Program-made: the position numbers and the translations under genes
Source: Candidatus Spongiisociaceae bacterium
GTDB taxonomy: Bacteria; Actinomycetota; Acidimicrobiia; Spongiisociales; Spongiisociaceae
NCBI GenBank assembly: GCA_965219685.1
Contig: CBDCOH010000002.1
Span: forward strand, 3,584,001-3,648,000
DNA: 64,000 nucleotides
Direction of reading: 5' to 3'
Part shown: positions 46,808-57,251 of the stretch, one piece after another
How the letters are laid out: each line of letters starts with the position of its first letter
How positions within the stretch are numbered: the stretch's first letter is position 1
Notes under the pieces: generated by a model
What the model was told of the DNA's origin: nothing
The model's database searches: none
The model's input: the letters and a program-made list of their open reading frames with translations, nothing else

Positions 46808-48103
46808 ATGAAGGACCAATACCGAACCGATGTACCCCGTCATCTGAGTCGACGGGAGTTCCTACGGAGTGCAGGCTTGGGTGCTGTTGGCTTAGCCAGC
46901 CTTACCATCGTCGGCTGCGGCACCGGAGAGCAGGATGCTGAGGAAACAACCGATACAGCTCCTACTACAACACAGGCACCGACCACGACCATCCAGGCCC
47001 TGACTTTGCACCATGCTGAGCATAGCGCTTTCAACCCTGAGATCAACGCCCAAGAGTTCCAGCGGGTGTCGGGCATACCAACCGAGAGTACGGTTATAAC
47101 TTTCGAAGGCCTCGTCCCGGAATGGGTGCAAGGCGGGTATACACGTTGGGATACGATCGCACCGCAGGGAGCGCAGATGGCTCCCCTGATCGAGGCAGGC
47201 ACCCTACAGGTAGTAAGAGCGTCAGAACTCGAGCACTGGGACAAGGCACTGCCGGTATTCCGGGAGCCGGGAGCGGCCGGGCAAGATGCTGAGATGCACC
47301 CGTATTCACAGATCTATACAGAGGAGGCTATGGACTCGGGGCTCAATGACGAGCTTTGGGTTGTGCCCACGGTTTGGAATGGCGACACGATTGGCTACCG
47401 GACGGATCTGATCGACGAGGACCTCAACTCCTATGGTGCGTTGTGGGATCCGAAGTACCGGGGGCAGGTGGGTATCTTCAACTCTTCGCTGCGTGCTCCG
47501 ATGGAAGTCCTCTCGACCGTATCGTATGACGGGTCGTACCAGTTGGAAGGCACCATCGGCAACCCGAGTCAAGCTGATATCGACTATGCGATCGATTTCT
47601 TGATCGAGCGCAAGCGAGAGGGCCAATTCAGGGTTCTCTGGGACGACTACGGACAAGCTGTTGAGCTTCTCGCCAACGGTGAGATCTCCCTTCTGAATGC
47701 TTGGGAGACCATCGTAACCGAGGTCAGGTCTCGAGGTCTTCCAGCGATCTACGCTCCCGTACGCGAGGGCTACAACATGTGGTTCCACGGGATCTCGGTC
47801 TCTTCCGATACACCGAACCGCGAGGCAGCCATCCAGTTCATCAACTTCTGGCACAGCGGCTTTCCGGCATCGAAGGTCGTCAACTCGGGGTACATGACTC
47901 CGATCCCGGACACCGCTGAGGACCTCCTGAGGGAGACCGAGTCCCCCGACGAAGGTGTCAACGCGTGGGAGTACTGGTATAACGGTGGGGGCCGAGATAG
48001 AGGATCGGCCGCCGATATCGCCTCCAATGGAGGCTGGTGGTGGCAGTTCCCCGATGAGTCCGAGTACCTTGCCAATCGCTGGGAAGAGTTCGTCTCCGCC
48101 TAG
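46808..48103 (+). CDS. Polyamine-type ABC substrate-binding lipoprotein (Tat)
   Basis: SRREFL, lipobox IVGC, LWDPKYRG, PNREAAIQFINFW; RBS AGGAGG. Confidence 0.85.
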   Translation: MKDQYRTDVPRHLSRREFLRSAGLGAVGLASLTIVGCGTGEQDAEETTDTAPTTTQAPTTTIQALTLHHAEHSAFNPEINAQEFQRVSGIPTESTVITFEGLVPEWVQGGYTRWDTIAPQGAQMAPLIEAGTLQVVRASELEHWDKALPVFREPGAAGQDAEMHPYSQIYTEEAMDSGLNDELWVVPTVWNGDTIGYRTDLIDEDLNSYGALWDPKYRGQVGIFNSSLRAPMEVLSTVSYDGSYQLEGTIGNPSQADIDYAIDFLIERKREGQFRVLWDDYGQAVELLANGEISLLNAWETIVTEVRSRGLPAIYAPVREGYNMWFHGISVSSDTPNREAAIQFINFWHSGFPASKVVNSGYMTPIPDTAEDLLRETESPDEGVNAWEYWYNGGGRDRGSAADIASNGGWWWQFPDESEYLANRWEEFVSA

Positions 48104-48209
48104 CCGTCCCGGGAACCCCCCTTCACATCATGAGAGGGTCATCACCTCGGCCGCTGTTGCGGAAGTGGGCCAACAGCGGCCGAGGTGCACAACGCCGATA
48201 GGGGATGAA

Positions 48210-49166
48210 GTGACGGGTTCAACACCTGATACGAACGGATCCGGTCGTCGACAGGACCATGTTGTCGAGGAACCGCCGAGGCCTTCGATCGCGGAGGTCG
48301 GTCCACCCCTGGAGGTCGGCCTCGAAACCGGGCAGAAGTGGTTGGCGCTGCCGGCGATACTCTGGCTGGCGGTCGGCCTGGGCGGGCCATTGTCGGCGGT
48401 CTTGCTCTTCAGCTTCTGGACGGGGACGTCGTTTGCGATGACCCCGGATCTGACCTTCGGCAACTACCAGTCGATCCTCGGATCCGGCGAGTTCTGGGGG
48501 TTGGTCCTCTGGACGTTGATAGTGCTACTCATCGTTCTAGCATTTGTAACACTACTCGGTATCCCAGTGGCCTACTTCTTGGCCTGTGCCGTTACCAATG
48601 ATGGCCTTAGAGCTGCCTTGCTGTTCGGGCTGTTCATTCCGTTCGTAGTTAGCTACGTCATTCGCTTGATAACCTGGCTACCGATGTTCGGCCGGGCGGG
48701 TCTCATCAATAGATTCGCCGTCAACCTGGGGATACTCGGCGAACCCAGCGATCAGCTGCTTTTCTCGCCGACAGCCATCGTCATAGCGCTGGTGTTCCTG
48801 TCGATAGCCTTCTTTGTCGGGCCGCTCTGCTTCAAGTTGCTACAGATCGACAAAGACTTGATTGCCGCCGCACAAAACTTGTCCGCGACCCCGACCCAGA
48901 TATTCCGGACAGTACAACTGCCGCTAGCCCGGCAAGCCATCTTCGCCGGATGGCTGTTCGTATCGGTCATCGTTCTCACCGACTTCGCAGTCGAGCGCCT
49001 CATCGGGGGAGGTCTGTCTCCGATGCTCGCAGGGACTGTATGGAGAAGGGCGGAGCTACTTCTCTGGCCACAGGCCAGCGCCTATGCCGTTGTCCTGATC
49101 GTGGTGACCTTTGCAATCATCGGTCTGTTCGTGAAGTTCGGGAAGCTCAGCGATGAGATACGGTAA
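48210..49166 (+). CDS. Polyamine-type ABC permease (PotB-like)
   Basis: IDKDLIAAAQNLSATP, FRTVQLPL. Start uncertain. Confidence 0.88.
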   Translation: MTGSTPDTNGSGRRQDHVVEEPPRPSIAEVGPPLEVGLETGQKWLALPAILWLAVGLGGPLSAVLLFSFWTGTSFAMTPDLTFGNYQSILGSGEFWGLVLWTLIVLLIVLAFVTLLGIPVAYFLACAVTNDGLRAALLFGLFIPFVVSYVIRLITWLPMFGRAGLINRFAVNLGILGEPSDQLLFSPTAIVIALVFLSIAFFVGPLCFKLLQIDKDLIAAAQNLSATPTQIFRTVQLPLARQAIFAGWLFVSVIVLTDFAVERLIGGGLSPMLAGTVWRRAELLLWPQASAYAVVLIVVTFAIIGLFVKFGKLSDEIR

Positions 49167-49184
49167 AGCAGCAGGGGCGGCTGT

Positions 49185-50054
49185 GTGAGTAGTTCCCCTC
49201 TCCGGTTGAGCAAGCGAGCCCGCCTCCTTCTGGGAGTCCCGGCGGTCCTTGTCTTTGTGGGCGTGTATGCACCTATCCTACTTTCGATCGTGCTGTCCTT
49301 TCAAGGTCCCCTTGGTGGAGTCACCCTCCCAATCACCGAGCCGACGGTCATGTGGTATCAATCGTTGGTCGACCTGAACGTTATCACCGAGCATCCCGAC
49401 TATCGGGGCCAGCCTCTTACTGACTTCCGCCCGTCGATTATACGATCTCTGCTACTCGCGGTAACGACGGCGTTGGTATCCACATTTTTGGCGTTGATGG
49501 CTGCGCAAGCCTATCGAACAAGATTCCGTGGCCATTCGATCATTGCATACACTATGATCATCGCCCTAGTCATGCCTGGTCTGGCGTTGAGCGTTGGCAT
49601 GGTGTCACTGGCGGGTGAATTAGGTGTCGAGCCGGGACTGTTCGTAACCGGGCTGCCGATCCATGTGACTTGGACCCTGCCGTTTTGCTTCATATTCCTC
49701 GTCGTGATGTTCAGAAGGTTCGACCGGAGGCTGGAAGAGTCAGCGTATACGCTGGGGGCCACCCGTCTGAAGACATGGCTTCATGTAACGGTTCCCGTCA
49801 TGCGCCCAGCTATCGCGGGGTCTATGCTCTTCGCCTTCATGCTTAGTTTGGACGAATTCGCACGATCCATCTTCATAATGGCGAGCGACCGGACACTCCC
49901 ACTTGTTCTGGTATCTGCTGCTCGTATCAGGGTTACTCCCTCACTGTTCGCTCTTGGAATCGTATTCTTCCTGACGGCCGCGGCACTGGTTGCTATATAT
50001 GTTGTGATGACTGTCCGTTCACTACGACGGAATCTACCAACCGCTGGCCCATAA
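49185..50054 (+). CDS. Polyamine-type ABC permease (PotC-like)
   Basis: LEESAYTLGA, AFMLSLDEF, RTLP. Confidence 0.88.
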   Translation: MSSSPLRLSKRARLLLGVPAVLVFVGVYAPILLSIVLSFQGPLGGVTLPITEPTVMWYQSLVDLNVITEHPDYRGQPLTDFRPSIIRSLLLAVTTALVSTFLALMAAQAYRTRFRGHSIIAYTMIIALVMPGLALSVGMVSLAGELGVEPGLFVTGLPIHVTWTLPFCFIFLVVMFRRFDRRLEESAYTLGATRLKTWLHVTVPVMRPAIAGSMLFAFMLSLDEFARSIFIMASDRTLPLVLVSAARIRVTPSLFALGIVFFLTAAALVAIYVVMTVRSLRRNLPTAGP

Positions 50055-50236
50055 CCCCCGGTTGTTCATGCGCGAGGTCTGTCGAAATGGACACATTGCG
50101 AGAAAAGCCCGCTGAACCTGGGAATATGGCATCAGGGAGCCCTATTCATGCGGGTCGCTCCGATCGACTGATGCTGTGTTCTACTTGTGATATCAGGCTG
50201 AGGAGGAGATCAGGGCGCTGAGCCGTTGCACCATTC

Positions 50237-51547
50237 TTACGTTCTGGTGGCAAGGGCGATGCTCTGGTCGAGTAGACCGACAGCCTCGTCGATTTCGTCT
50301 CCGGTCACGTTCAGAGGTGGTGAGAGCTCCAGAACGTTCCCATAGACCCCGGCTGTTGTAACGATCAGACCTGCCTCGAAGGCAGCTTCAACGACACGTC
50401 GCGCTATGTGAGGCGCGGGAGCCTTGTCGTTGTGGTCGATCACCAGTTCGATTCCAACCTCAAGGCCAAGACCGCGGCAGTCGCCAACGACAGGGTGGGT
50501 GGCCTCGAGTTCCTTCAGGCCATCCAACAGGCGGGTCCCGGCAGTAGCTGCTCGATCCACGAGTGAGTCCTCAGCGATGATGGAGAGCAAGGTCGTCGAT
50601 GTGGCGCATGCTGCAGGATGCCCTCCCATCGTCGAGTTGATCATCGTGTTGAGATCGAGAATCTCAGATCGTCCGACGACCGCGGACAGTGGCAGACCTC
50701 CCCCTAGCGCCTTTCCGAGGACGACGGCATCCGGCTGGATTCCCGCATGCTCGTAGGCGAACATACGTCCGGTACGGCCGAGGCCGACCTTGACTTCATC
50801 TAGAACGAGCCAGATGCCGTATCGATCGCAGAGTTCTCTCAGGCCATGCAAGAAGTAGTCGTGCGGTCGAACGGCTCCGTTGTCCGCCTGGACAGCCTCC
50901 ACGAAGATTGCACCAGTCTCCTCTGCAGGGCACACGGCCGTCAGCAGGTGATCTTCCAAGAACTGAAGACACAGTTTCGCGCTTTCGAGGTCCGAGCTCG
51001 AGCCCATGGGACACCGATATCCGTTAGGGAACGGGGCCTTCGTGACGAAAGGGCTGTTCATCCCTGAGGCGTGGGTCGGAAAACCGGAGATCATGGATGA
51101 ACCTGTCGTAGTTCCGGCAAAACCGCCGACGAAGGCTATTGCTCGCTGCCTCCCGGATGCCAAGGGGATAGCCTTGAGGAGAAAGTCCATGGCCTCGCTT
51201 CCGGACACTCCGAACCAGACCCGTGATTCGAAAGTCATGGAGAGGAGGCCGCGCAGTGCCTGGGCCAGGGCAAGCACAGGCTTCGACGTTGCCAACGGGC
51301 TCACATGGAACCAATGGGTCGACATGGCCTCAGCTAGCGCTCTGTCGAGTCGCGGATCGTGGTAGCCGGCGAGGGCCACCGCTGCCGCGCCCGTGAAGTC
51401 GAGATACGCATTCCCGTCCTCGTCCCAGACCCGCCTACCCTCGGATCGGGCAATGGAGAGCGGAAACTGAGGGTTCTTGAAAGACGCGGCGAGGAGTCCG
51501 CTCTCAAGCGCGATGAGCTTTTCGGAGGCCGCCCTTGGAGATGCCAT
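50237..51547 (-). CDS. Class III aminotransferase (GABA-AT-like)
   Basis: WDEDGNAYLDF, SGSEA, LDEVKVGLGRTG, GKALGGGLP; RBS GGAGG. Confidence 0.9.
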   Translation of the reverse strand: MASPRAASEKLIALESGLLAASFKNPQFPLSIARSEGRRVWDEDGNAYLDFTGAAAVALAGYHDPRLDRALAEAMSTHWFHVSPLATSKPVLALAQALRGLLSMTFESRVWFGVSGSEAMDFLLKAIPLASGRQRAIAFVGGFAGTTTGSSMISGFPTHASGMNSPFVTKAPFPNGYRCPMGSSSDLESAKLCLQFLEDHLLTAVCPAEETGAIFVEAVQADNGAVRPHDYFLHGLRELCDRYGIWLVLDEVKVGLGRTGRMFAYEHAGIQPDAVVLGKALGGGLPLSAVVGRSEILDLNTMINSTMGGHPAACATSTTLLSIIAEDSLVDRAATAGTRLLDGLKELEATHPVVGDCRGLGLEVGIELVIDHNDKAPAPHIARRVVEAAFEAGLIVTTAGVYGNVLELSPPLNVTGDEIDEAVGLLDQSIALATRT

Positions 51548-52011
51548 GTTCACCCTCCGACCTTGGAGTAAGGCCGCTGACAACTATACAGCAGATCGGT
51601 TCTGGCCCCGGACGAGAACGAGGTCGACACCCTGCTCCTGACCCGGGTGGTCATTCACCGACCCGCCCTCGAACGTCGACAACGCAAGCCCGGAACCAAT
51701 CCCCGGGTTCCTGTTCGATGAACGATCTCGCATCACACTCGGCATCCGGGCACGTCCGGCGCCGCTTCCGCCACCGCACCGGCGGCCCGGACCCCATCGA
51801 GTCCATCGACGCGACCAACTATGGAGACCCTCATCACTTCTGGCACACTCCGCCTCCCCCTCCCAGATCCGCTACCCCCCTTCCGAATCCGAAGAACCCT
51901 TTGATTGCATGGGGATAACCACCTAGTTAGCATTGCAATAGATGATGACTAGTGCACCACTCTGCAGCACTCGGTGAAATCCACTAATCCACTCTGTGCC
52001 TTGACGAGTCG

Positions 52012-54132
52012 ATGAGGTATCGAATTGCTGTCGACACCGGCGGGACCTTCACCGATGTCGTAGTTGCTGATAGACATGGATCCCTTACGGTGGCCAAGGC
52101 ACCGACCAACAATGCGGATATATACCAAGGCATCAGTTCGGCATTGACCCGTGCTGCCTCGGATCGTGGCATAACGATCGAAAGACTGCTCGAGTCCTCC
52201 GATCTTGTCAACTACACCACTACTCATCCTGTGAACGCTGTGATCCAGAAGAAGGTAGCCAGAACCGCTCTTCTTGTCACCGAGGGGTTCCCCGATATTC
52301 TCACCCTGCGCGGAGGAGGGAAGCTGGGTACCTTCAACCTACACGTTGATTATCCCGAGCCGTATATTCCTCGCAGCTTGACATATGAGATTCCGGAGCG
52401 GATCGATTCAGTGGGGCGAGTAGTCAGGGTCCTAGACGAAGCTGAAGCCCGTAGGACGATAAGGCAACTGAGTACCGAGGCCATCGGTGTCTGCTTCTTG
52501 TGGTCTGTAGTCAATCCCAGGCATGAGCTCATGGTAGGCAAGATCATCGAAGAGGAACTGGGTGACATACCTTACAGTCTCTCCCACAGAGTGAACCCAG
52601 TGGTCCGTGAGTATCCTCGTGCTTCAACGACAGCGATCGACGCCTCGCTAAAGCCAGAAATGGTCGCTCATCTAGTGAACGTGGAGAGTGGTTTGCGGGA
52701 ATCGGGCTTCGGAGGTGAGTTGCTGTTGGGGACATCCTATGGAGGGGTCGGTCATATGAAAGACCTCACCGAGCGACCGGTCTATACGCTGGGAGCCGGG
52801 CCGGCGCTTGCGCCGGTCGCAGGTAGGGCGTATTCCCGGGCAGAATCAGGACGGCCGAATGCGGACATCATTGTCTGTGACGCAGGAGGAACGAGTTTCG
52901 ACGTGAGTCTTGTCCGTGGTGGCTCGATTCTGACGACGAGGGAGAATTGGATTGGCGACCGGTTTAGCGGACACTTGTTCGGGGTGTCATCTGTAAAGAC
53001 GCACAGTATTGGAGCCGGGGGAGGCTCGATAGCTTGGGTCGACGATGGCGGTCTGTTGAGGGTCGGACCCCACAGCGCGGGCGCTTCACCTGGTCCGGCA
53101 TGCTACGGGAACGGCGGGACCATGGCGACCGTAACGGATGCGGCTGTTGTCTTGGGTTTCCTCGATCCCGCATACTTCCTCGGTGGGAGGATGCGGTTGG
53201 ATGTGGAAGCCGCACGTGCGGTCGTGGCCGACGTAGGCTCATTGTTGAGCGAACCGGTGGAGAAGGCCGCTTGGGCGATTCTCACGATCGCCAACCAACA
53301 CATGATCCGGGCTATACAATCGATCACGGTAGCGGAGGGTGTGGATCCCCGTGACTGTTTGCTGGTGGCTGGAGGAGGGGCGGCGGGTCTCAACATCCTG
53401 TCAATCGCCCGCGAGCTCGGTTGTCGGTATGTGTTGGTGCCTCGGACCGCCGGGGCCCTGACTGCATGTGGTGGGCAATTCACTGACCTGGTAGCAGAGT
53501 TCTCGACGAGTCATTTCACATCCTCTGCAGACTTCGACACTGACAGAATCAACGATACCCTTTCTGGCCTGACGAGAACTTTGTCCGAATTCACGTCCGA
53601 ACTGGAGGCTCGACTCGAGATCTCTGACATCGAGAACGAATTCATCGTCGATGCTCGCTACCGTCACCAGGTGTGGGAGCTGCAGATACCGATGAACGGA
53701 GAGCGCATCGATTCGGAGCGAGATGTTCTGGCACTCGTCACGGAGTTCTCGCAACTTCACAAGAGAGTCTTCGGTTTCGAGCAACCGGATGAGGTTGAGT
53801 TCGTGAGCTGGAAAGCTCGGCGGATCGCGAAACTTGGCCAACCGCCAGCTACGCAGACCTGGCCACAGACTCAAGAGAGTGACATGAGCGTGTTCCATCA
53901 CAGGTCGGCCTATTTTGGCTCAGAAGAATATGAACCCGTAGCCGTATTTCAGGGCCCCACACTACATAGAGGCTGTAAGATCGTGGGTCCTGCAATCATA
54001 CAGGAGCCGACAACAACGCTCGTAGTGTATCCGGACTACGTTGTTGATGTGACGGAACACGGGAATTACGTTGCACGTCCGAAAGGCGCGGTTGAGGAGA
54101 CCGGCAGTAGCGAAGGATACAATGTCGATTGA
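52012..54132 (+). CDS. Hydantoinase/oxoprolinase subunit A family
   Basis: VDTGGTFTD, DAGGTSFD, SIGAGGGS, PGPACYG, GGGAAG. Confidence 0.92.
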   Translation: MRYRIAVDTGGTFTDVVVADRHGSLTVAKAPTNNADIYQGISSALTRAASDRGITIERLLESSDLVNYTTTHPVNAVIQKKVARTALLVTEGFPDILTLRGGGKLGTFNLHVDYPEPYIPRSLTYEIPERIDSVGRVVRVLDEAEARRTIRQLSTEAIGVCFLWSVVNPRHELMVGKIIEEELGDIPYSLSHRVNPVVREYPRASTTAIDASLKPEMVAHLVNVESGLRESGFGGELLLGTSYGGVGHMKDLTERPVYTLGAGPALAPVAGRAYSRAESGRPNADIIVCDAGGTSFDVSLVRGGSILTTRENWIGDRFSGHLFGVSSVKTHSIGAGGGSIAWVDDGGLLRVGPHSAGASPGPACYGNGGTMATVTDAAVVLGFLDPAYFLGGRMRLDVEAARAVVADVGSLLSEPVEKAAWAILTIANQHMIRAIQSITVAEGVDPRDCLLVAGGGAAGLNILSIARELGCRYVLVPRTAGALTACGGQFTDLVAEFSTSHFTSSADFDTDRINDTLSGLTRTLSEFTSELEARLEISDIENEFIVDARYRHQVWELQIPMNGERIDSERDVLALVTEFSQLHKRVFGFEQPDEVEFVSWKARRIAKLGQPPATQTWPQTQESDMSVFHHRSAYFGSEEYEPVAVFQGPTLHRGCKIVGPAIIQEPTTTLVVYPDYVVDVTEHGNYVARPKGAVEETGSSEGYNVD

Positions 54133-55888
54133 CGCGATCACGCTAGCCGTTCTCGGGAATAGGTTTGATTCCATTGCACGGGAGATAACGGATACTCTCT
54201 TGCGCTCCGGGCGATCAGCTGTGATTACGGTCGCACGTGACTTCACATGTTCTATCATGACCGCTACCGGTGAGCTGATCGCTGCTCCCGAGGCTCTTCC
54301 GACTCATGTCATAGGCAGTCTGTTGGAAACGAGAGGACTGCATCTCTACTATGACGACGTCGCCCCAGGGGATGCCTTTCTCCACAATGATCCCTATGAC
54401 GGCGGGACACATCATGCCGACTACACGGTCATGGTGCCCGTATTCATAGGAGAGAAGCAACTCTTCACCGTGTGTGCCAAGGCACATCAAGCGGATTGTG
54501 GCAACTACCACCCTACCACTTACGACGCGGAGGCTCAGGACATCTACCGTGAAGGTTCGTTGAACTTCCCTTGTGTGCGCATTCAGAGGGACTTCAACGA
54601 TGTAGATGAGATCATTCGAATGTGCAGGCGGCGGATACGTATACCTGATCAATGGTATGGCGATTTCATGGCTCAGGTCGGTGCCTGCCGTATCGGAGAA
54701 AGGCGTCTGATCGAGTTGGTCGAGGAGTACGGTGAAGAGGCAATCCTAGAGTTTATCGAGGCTTGGTTCCAATACTCGAAGCGGCGAATGATCTCGGCGA
54801 TCCGGACCCTGCCCAGTGGCCGGATCACTGTGCACGGTTCCCACGATGCCATCCCGGCCGTGCCGGAAGGTGTCGATCTCAAAGCTGAGATCGTGGTGGA
54901 TGGTGATGAGGGAAGGATCGAAGTCGATCTGCGCGACAATCCGGATTGCATACCGGCTGGGCTCAATCAGACTGAGGCCACCTGTATGGCCAGCGTTCTG
55001 ATAGGTCTCATGAACGTGTTGGGTGGTGACGTACCCGTCAACTCAGGCAGTCTCGACCGCATCTCGCTGAAACTCCGTGAGAACTGCGTGGTTGGAATCG
55101 TCAAGCATCCATACTCCGCATCTCTTTCGACTACCAATATCGCAGACCGGCTTGTCAACATGATCCAGAGTGCCTTTGCAGAGTTGACAGATGGGATCGG
55201 GTTAGCGGAAGGTGGGCTCGGCTTGGGCGTTCACCACTGCGTCATCGGGGGAGTCGACCGGAGGCCGGGCCGGGAAGGCGACGTGTATCAGAATCAGATC
55301 CTGTTCCTGGGTAACGGAGGGCCTGCGACTAGTCGAAACGATGGTTGGCTTACCTATGGCGTGCCCGTCGCCGCAGGTCTGATCTACCGTGATTCCATCG
55401 AAATAGACGAGCAGAAGTACCCGGTCATCTACTGGGAGAACTTGGTCGAGCAGGACTCCGCCGGCCCGGGGAAGTTCCGGGGCGGTCCGGCAACCCGAAT
55501 CTCGATCGGTCCGAACGGAGGGACGCTGAGCCTCTCTTTCCCATCCGACGGTCATCAGACCCCTCCCAAGGGAGTGCGAGGGGCACCCGAAGGTACGTCA
55601 TGCCGAGCGTTCCTTGTTTCGGAAGGGGATGAATGGCTGCCGCTTCCCGCCGTCGTCTCGTCGCAGGTGGTAGCGGATGGCGAGCGTGTGGTAGGAATAG
55701 GCTCGGGCGGCGGTGGATACGGAGATCCCTATGACAGACCGCCGGATCTGGTCCTGCGCGACTTCGAGGCGGGCTGGGTATCTCGAAAAGCGGCCGAGAG
55801 GGACTACGGTGTGGTGATCGAGCGGTTGCCGGATCGAGGGTGGGCCGTCGACGCGATCGGGACGAAAGCAATGCGATCGAGCCGCTGA
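54122..55888 (+). CDS. Hydantoinase B/oxoprolinase family
   Basis: NDPYDGGTHHAD, KAHQADCG, SAGPGKFRGG, GGGGYGDP. Confidence 0.92.
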   Translation: MSIDAITLAVLGNRFDSIAREITDTLLRSGRSAVITVARDFTCSIMTATGELIAAPEALPTHVIGSLLETRGLHLYYDDVAPGDAFLHNDPYDGGTHHADYTVMVPVFIGEKQLFTVCAKAHQADCGNYHPTTYDAEAQDIYREGSLNFPCVRIQRDFNDVDEIIRMCRRRIRIPDQWYGDFMAQVGACRIGERRLIELVEEYGEEAILEFIEAWFQYSKRRMISAIRTLPSGRITVHGSHDAIPAVPEGVDLKAEIVVDGDEGRIEVDLRDNPDCIPAGLNQTEATCMASVLIGLMNVLGGDVPVNSGSLDRISLKLRENCVVGIVKHPYSASLSTTNIADRLVNMIQSAFAELTDGIGLAEGGLGLGVHHCVIGGVDRRPGREGDVYQNQILFLGNGGPATSRNDGWLTYGVPVAAGLIYRDSIEIDEQKYPVIYWENLVEQDSAGPGKFRGGPATRISIGPNGGTLSLSFPSDGHQTPPKGVRGAPEGTSCRAFLVSEGDEWLPLPAVVSSQVVADGERVVGIGSGGGGYGDPYDRPPDLVLRDFEAGWVSRKAAERDYGVVIERLPDRGWAVDAIGTKAMRSSR

Positions 55889-56070
55889 CCACGAAAGCCT
55901 TCGCCGTTGTCAGGCCGGTCATCTCCTAGGTCGGCGTCTCGCAGTTGGCGGTTGTAGCCAACTGCGCCCGGTCGGCTGCAGCAAGTGGGAAGTTCTCCTT
56001 TCTTGGTCCGGGAGTTCGCGGATGTTGGCAGAAGTGGCACGCCAGGAACAGGTCGCACGAGGAGTCTGGA

Positions 56071-57135
56071 ATGGTTGACACAGCGCGAATCGCACTCTCG
56101 ATTGGCTCACGTTCATACGGGATGGCACGGACCCTTCCTGCGTTCCGGGGATTTCTCCTAGCCATGGAAGACGCCGCCAAGCGAACAGATATACGCCCTC
56201 CAATCGACTGGGTGATGTTCGACGATCACGGCGATCCTGCTCAGGCGGCCCTACTCGCCGAAACTATCGTTGCGGACGACCGTTTCATCGCCGTCGTCGG
56301 TCCCATGAGCTCGACGGAGGCCCTTGCCAATGCCCCGATTTTCGATGACGCTGGCCTGCTCCAGGTCAGCCCGTGTGCATCCCATCCCGATCTATGTCAG
56401 CAAGGTTTCAGGACGTTTTTCCGCCTGGTGCCCAACGAAACCGTACAGGGTTCCGCGCTCGCAAGGTTGGCGCGCCGCGAACTTGTCGCGTACAGAGCCG
56501 CGATCGTGCATGATCGTGATGCCTTCGGAACCACCGTTGCTGACAATTTCGGCAGAGCATTCAGTGAATACGGCGGGATGATCGTCGCACGTGAAGGATA
56601 TGGCTACGGAGCAACGGACTTCTCCGGTCTGGCCGGGGTCGTGTCTGACTCATCCCCCGATGTAGTCTTCTTCGCCGTACACGCCACAGAGGGGCTGCTG
56701 GCCTCGTCGGCAATTCGCCAGGCTGGTGTGGATGCGCCGTTCTTGGGAACCGACGGCCTCAAGACTTCCTTCTTCCTGGGAGGAGGTGAGCCGCTGGAAG
56801 AAGCCTTTCACACGCACTCGGGAGCCGACTTCCGGCGTTTACCGTCGGCGAAAGGACTGAGAGACGCGTACGTCGCTCGGTGGCCCGAGGACAGCACCTA
56901 CAGTCCCGAGGCTTACGACAGTGTCTGTCTCATCGTTGATGCTCTTGCCGAAGCAGGAGAGGCCACGCGCTCGGCGGTGTTGAACGCGTTCCGCTCTCTC
57001 TTCCCCTACGACGGTGTAACGGGAACCATCCGGTTCGATGCCGATGGGGAACGTCTCGATGCTCCGATCAGTTGGTATGAGGTCAAGCGTCGGGGCGGTG
57101 AACGGGTGATGGAGTACCGGGGAACGGTTTCATGA
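56071..57135 (+). CDS. Branched-chain amino acid (LivJ-like) binding protein with no evident signal peptide
   Basis: DDHGDP, VVGPMSS, FFRLVPN..QG, YD, GVTGTIRFDADG. Confidence 0.85.
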   Translation: MVDTARIALSIGSRSYGMARTLPAFRGFLLAMEDAAKRTDIRPPIDWVMFDDHGDPAQAALLAETIVADDRFIAVVGPMSSTEALANAPIFDDAGLLQVSPCASHPDLCQQGFRTFFRLVPNETVQGSALARLARRELVAYRAAIVHDRDAFGTTVADNFGRAFSEYGGMIVAREGYGYGATDFSGLAGVVSDSSPDVVFFAVHATEGLLASSAIRQAGVDAPFLGTDGLKTSFFLGGGEPLEEAFHTHSGADFRRLPSAKGLRDAYVARWPEDSTYSPEAYDSVCLIVDALAEAGEATRSAVLNAFRSLFPYDGVTGTIRFDADGERLDAPISWYEVKRRGGERVMEYRGTVS

Positions 57136-57223
57136 TGTCGGTTGGCCTTCCGGGCGGCTACACAGATCGGAGTCGAGGGTCTGGCTCGCGATTGGGCTAC
57201 AGTCGGCATCGATGGGTGCGGTG

Positions 57224-57251
57224 ACTGGCAACTGACCACTGATCATTAGTT
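57224..57251. repeat. Degenerate heptamer repeat (ACTGNNN)
   Basis: actggca actgacc actgatc attagtt, at a convergent junction. Confidence 0.4.

Noticed and set aside
51590-51930. Possible gene remnant or ncRNA between the aminotransferase and hydantoinase genes
   Set aside because: No recognisable motif in the frames I read and no convincing structure.
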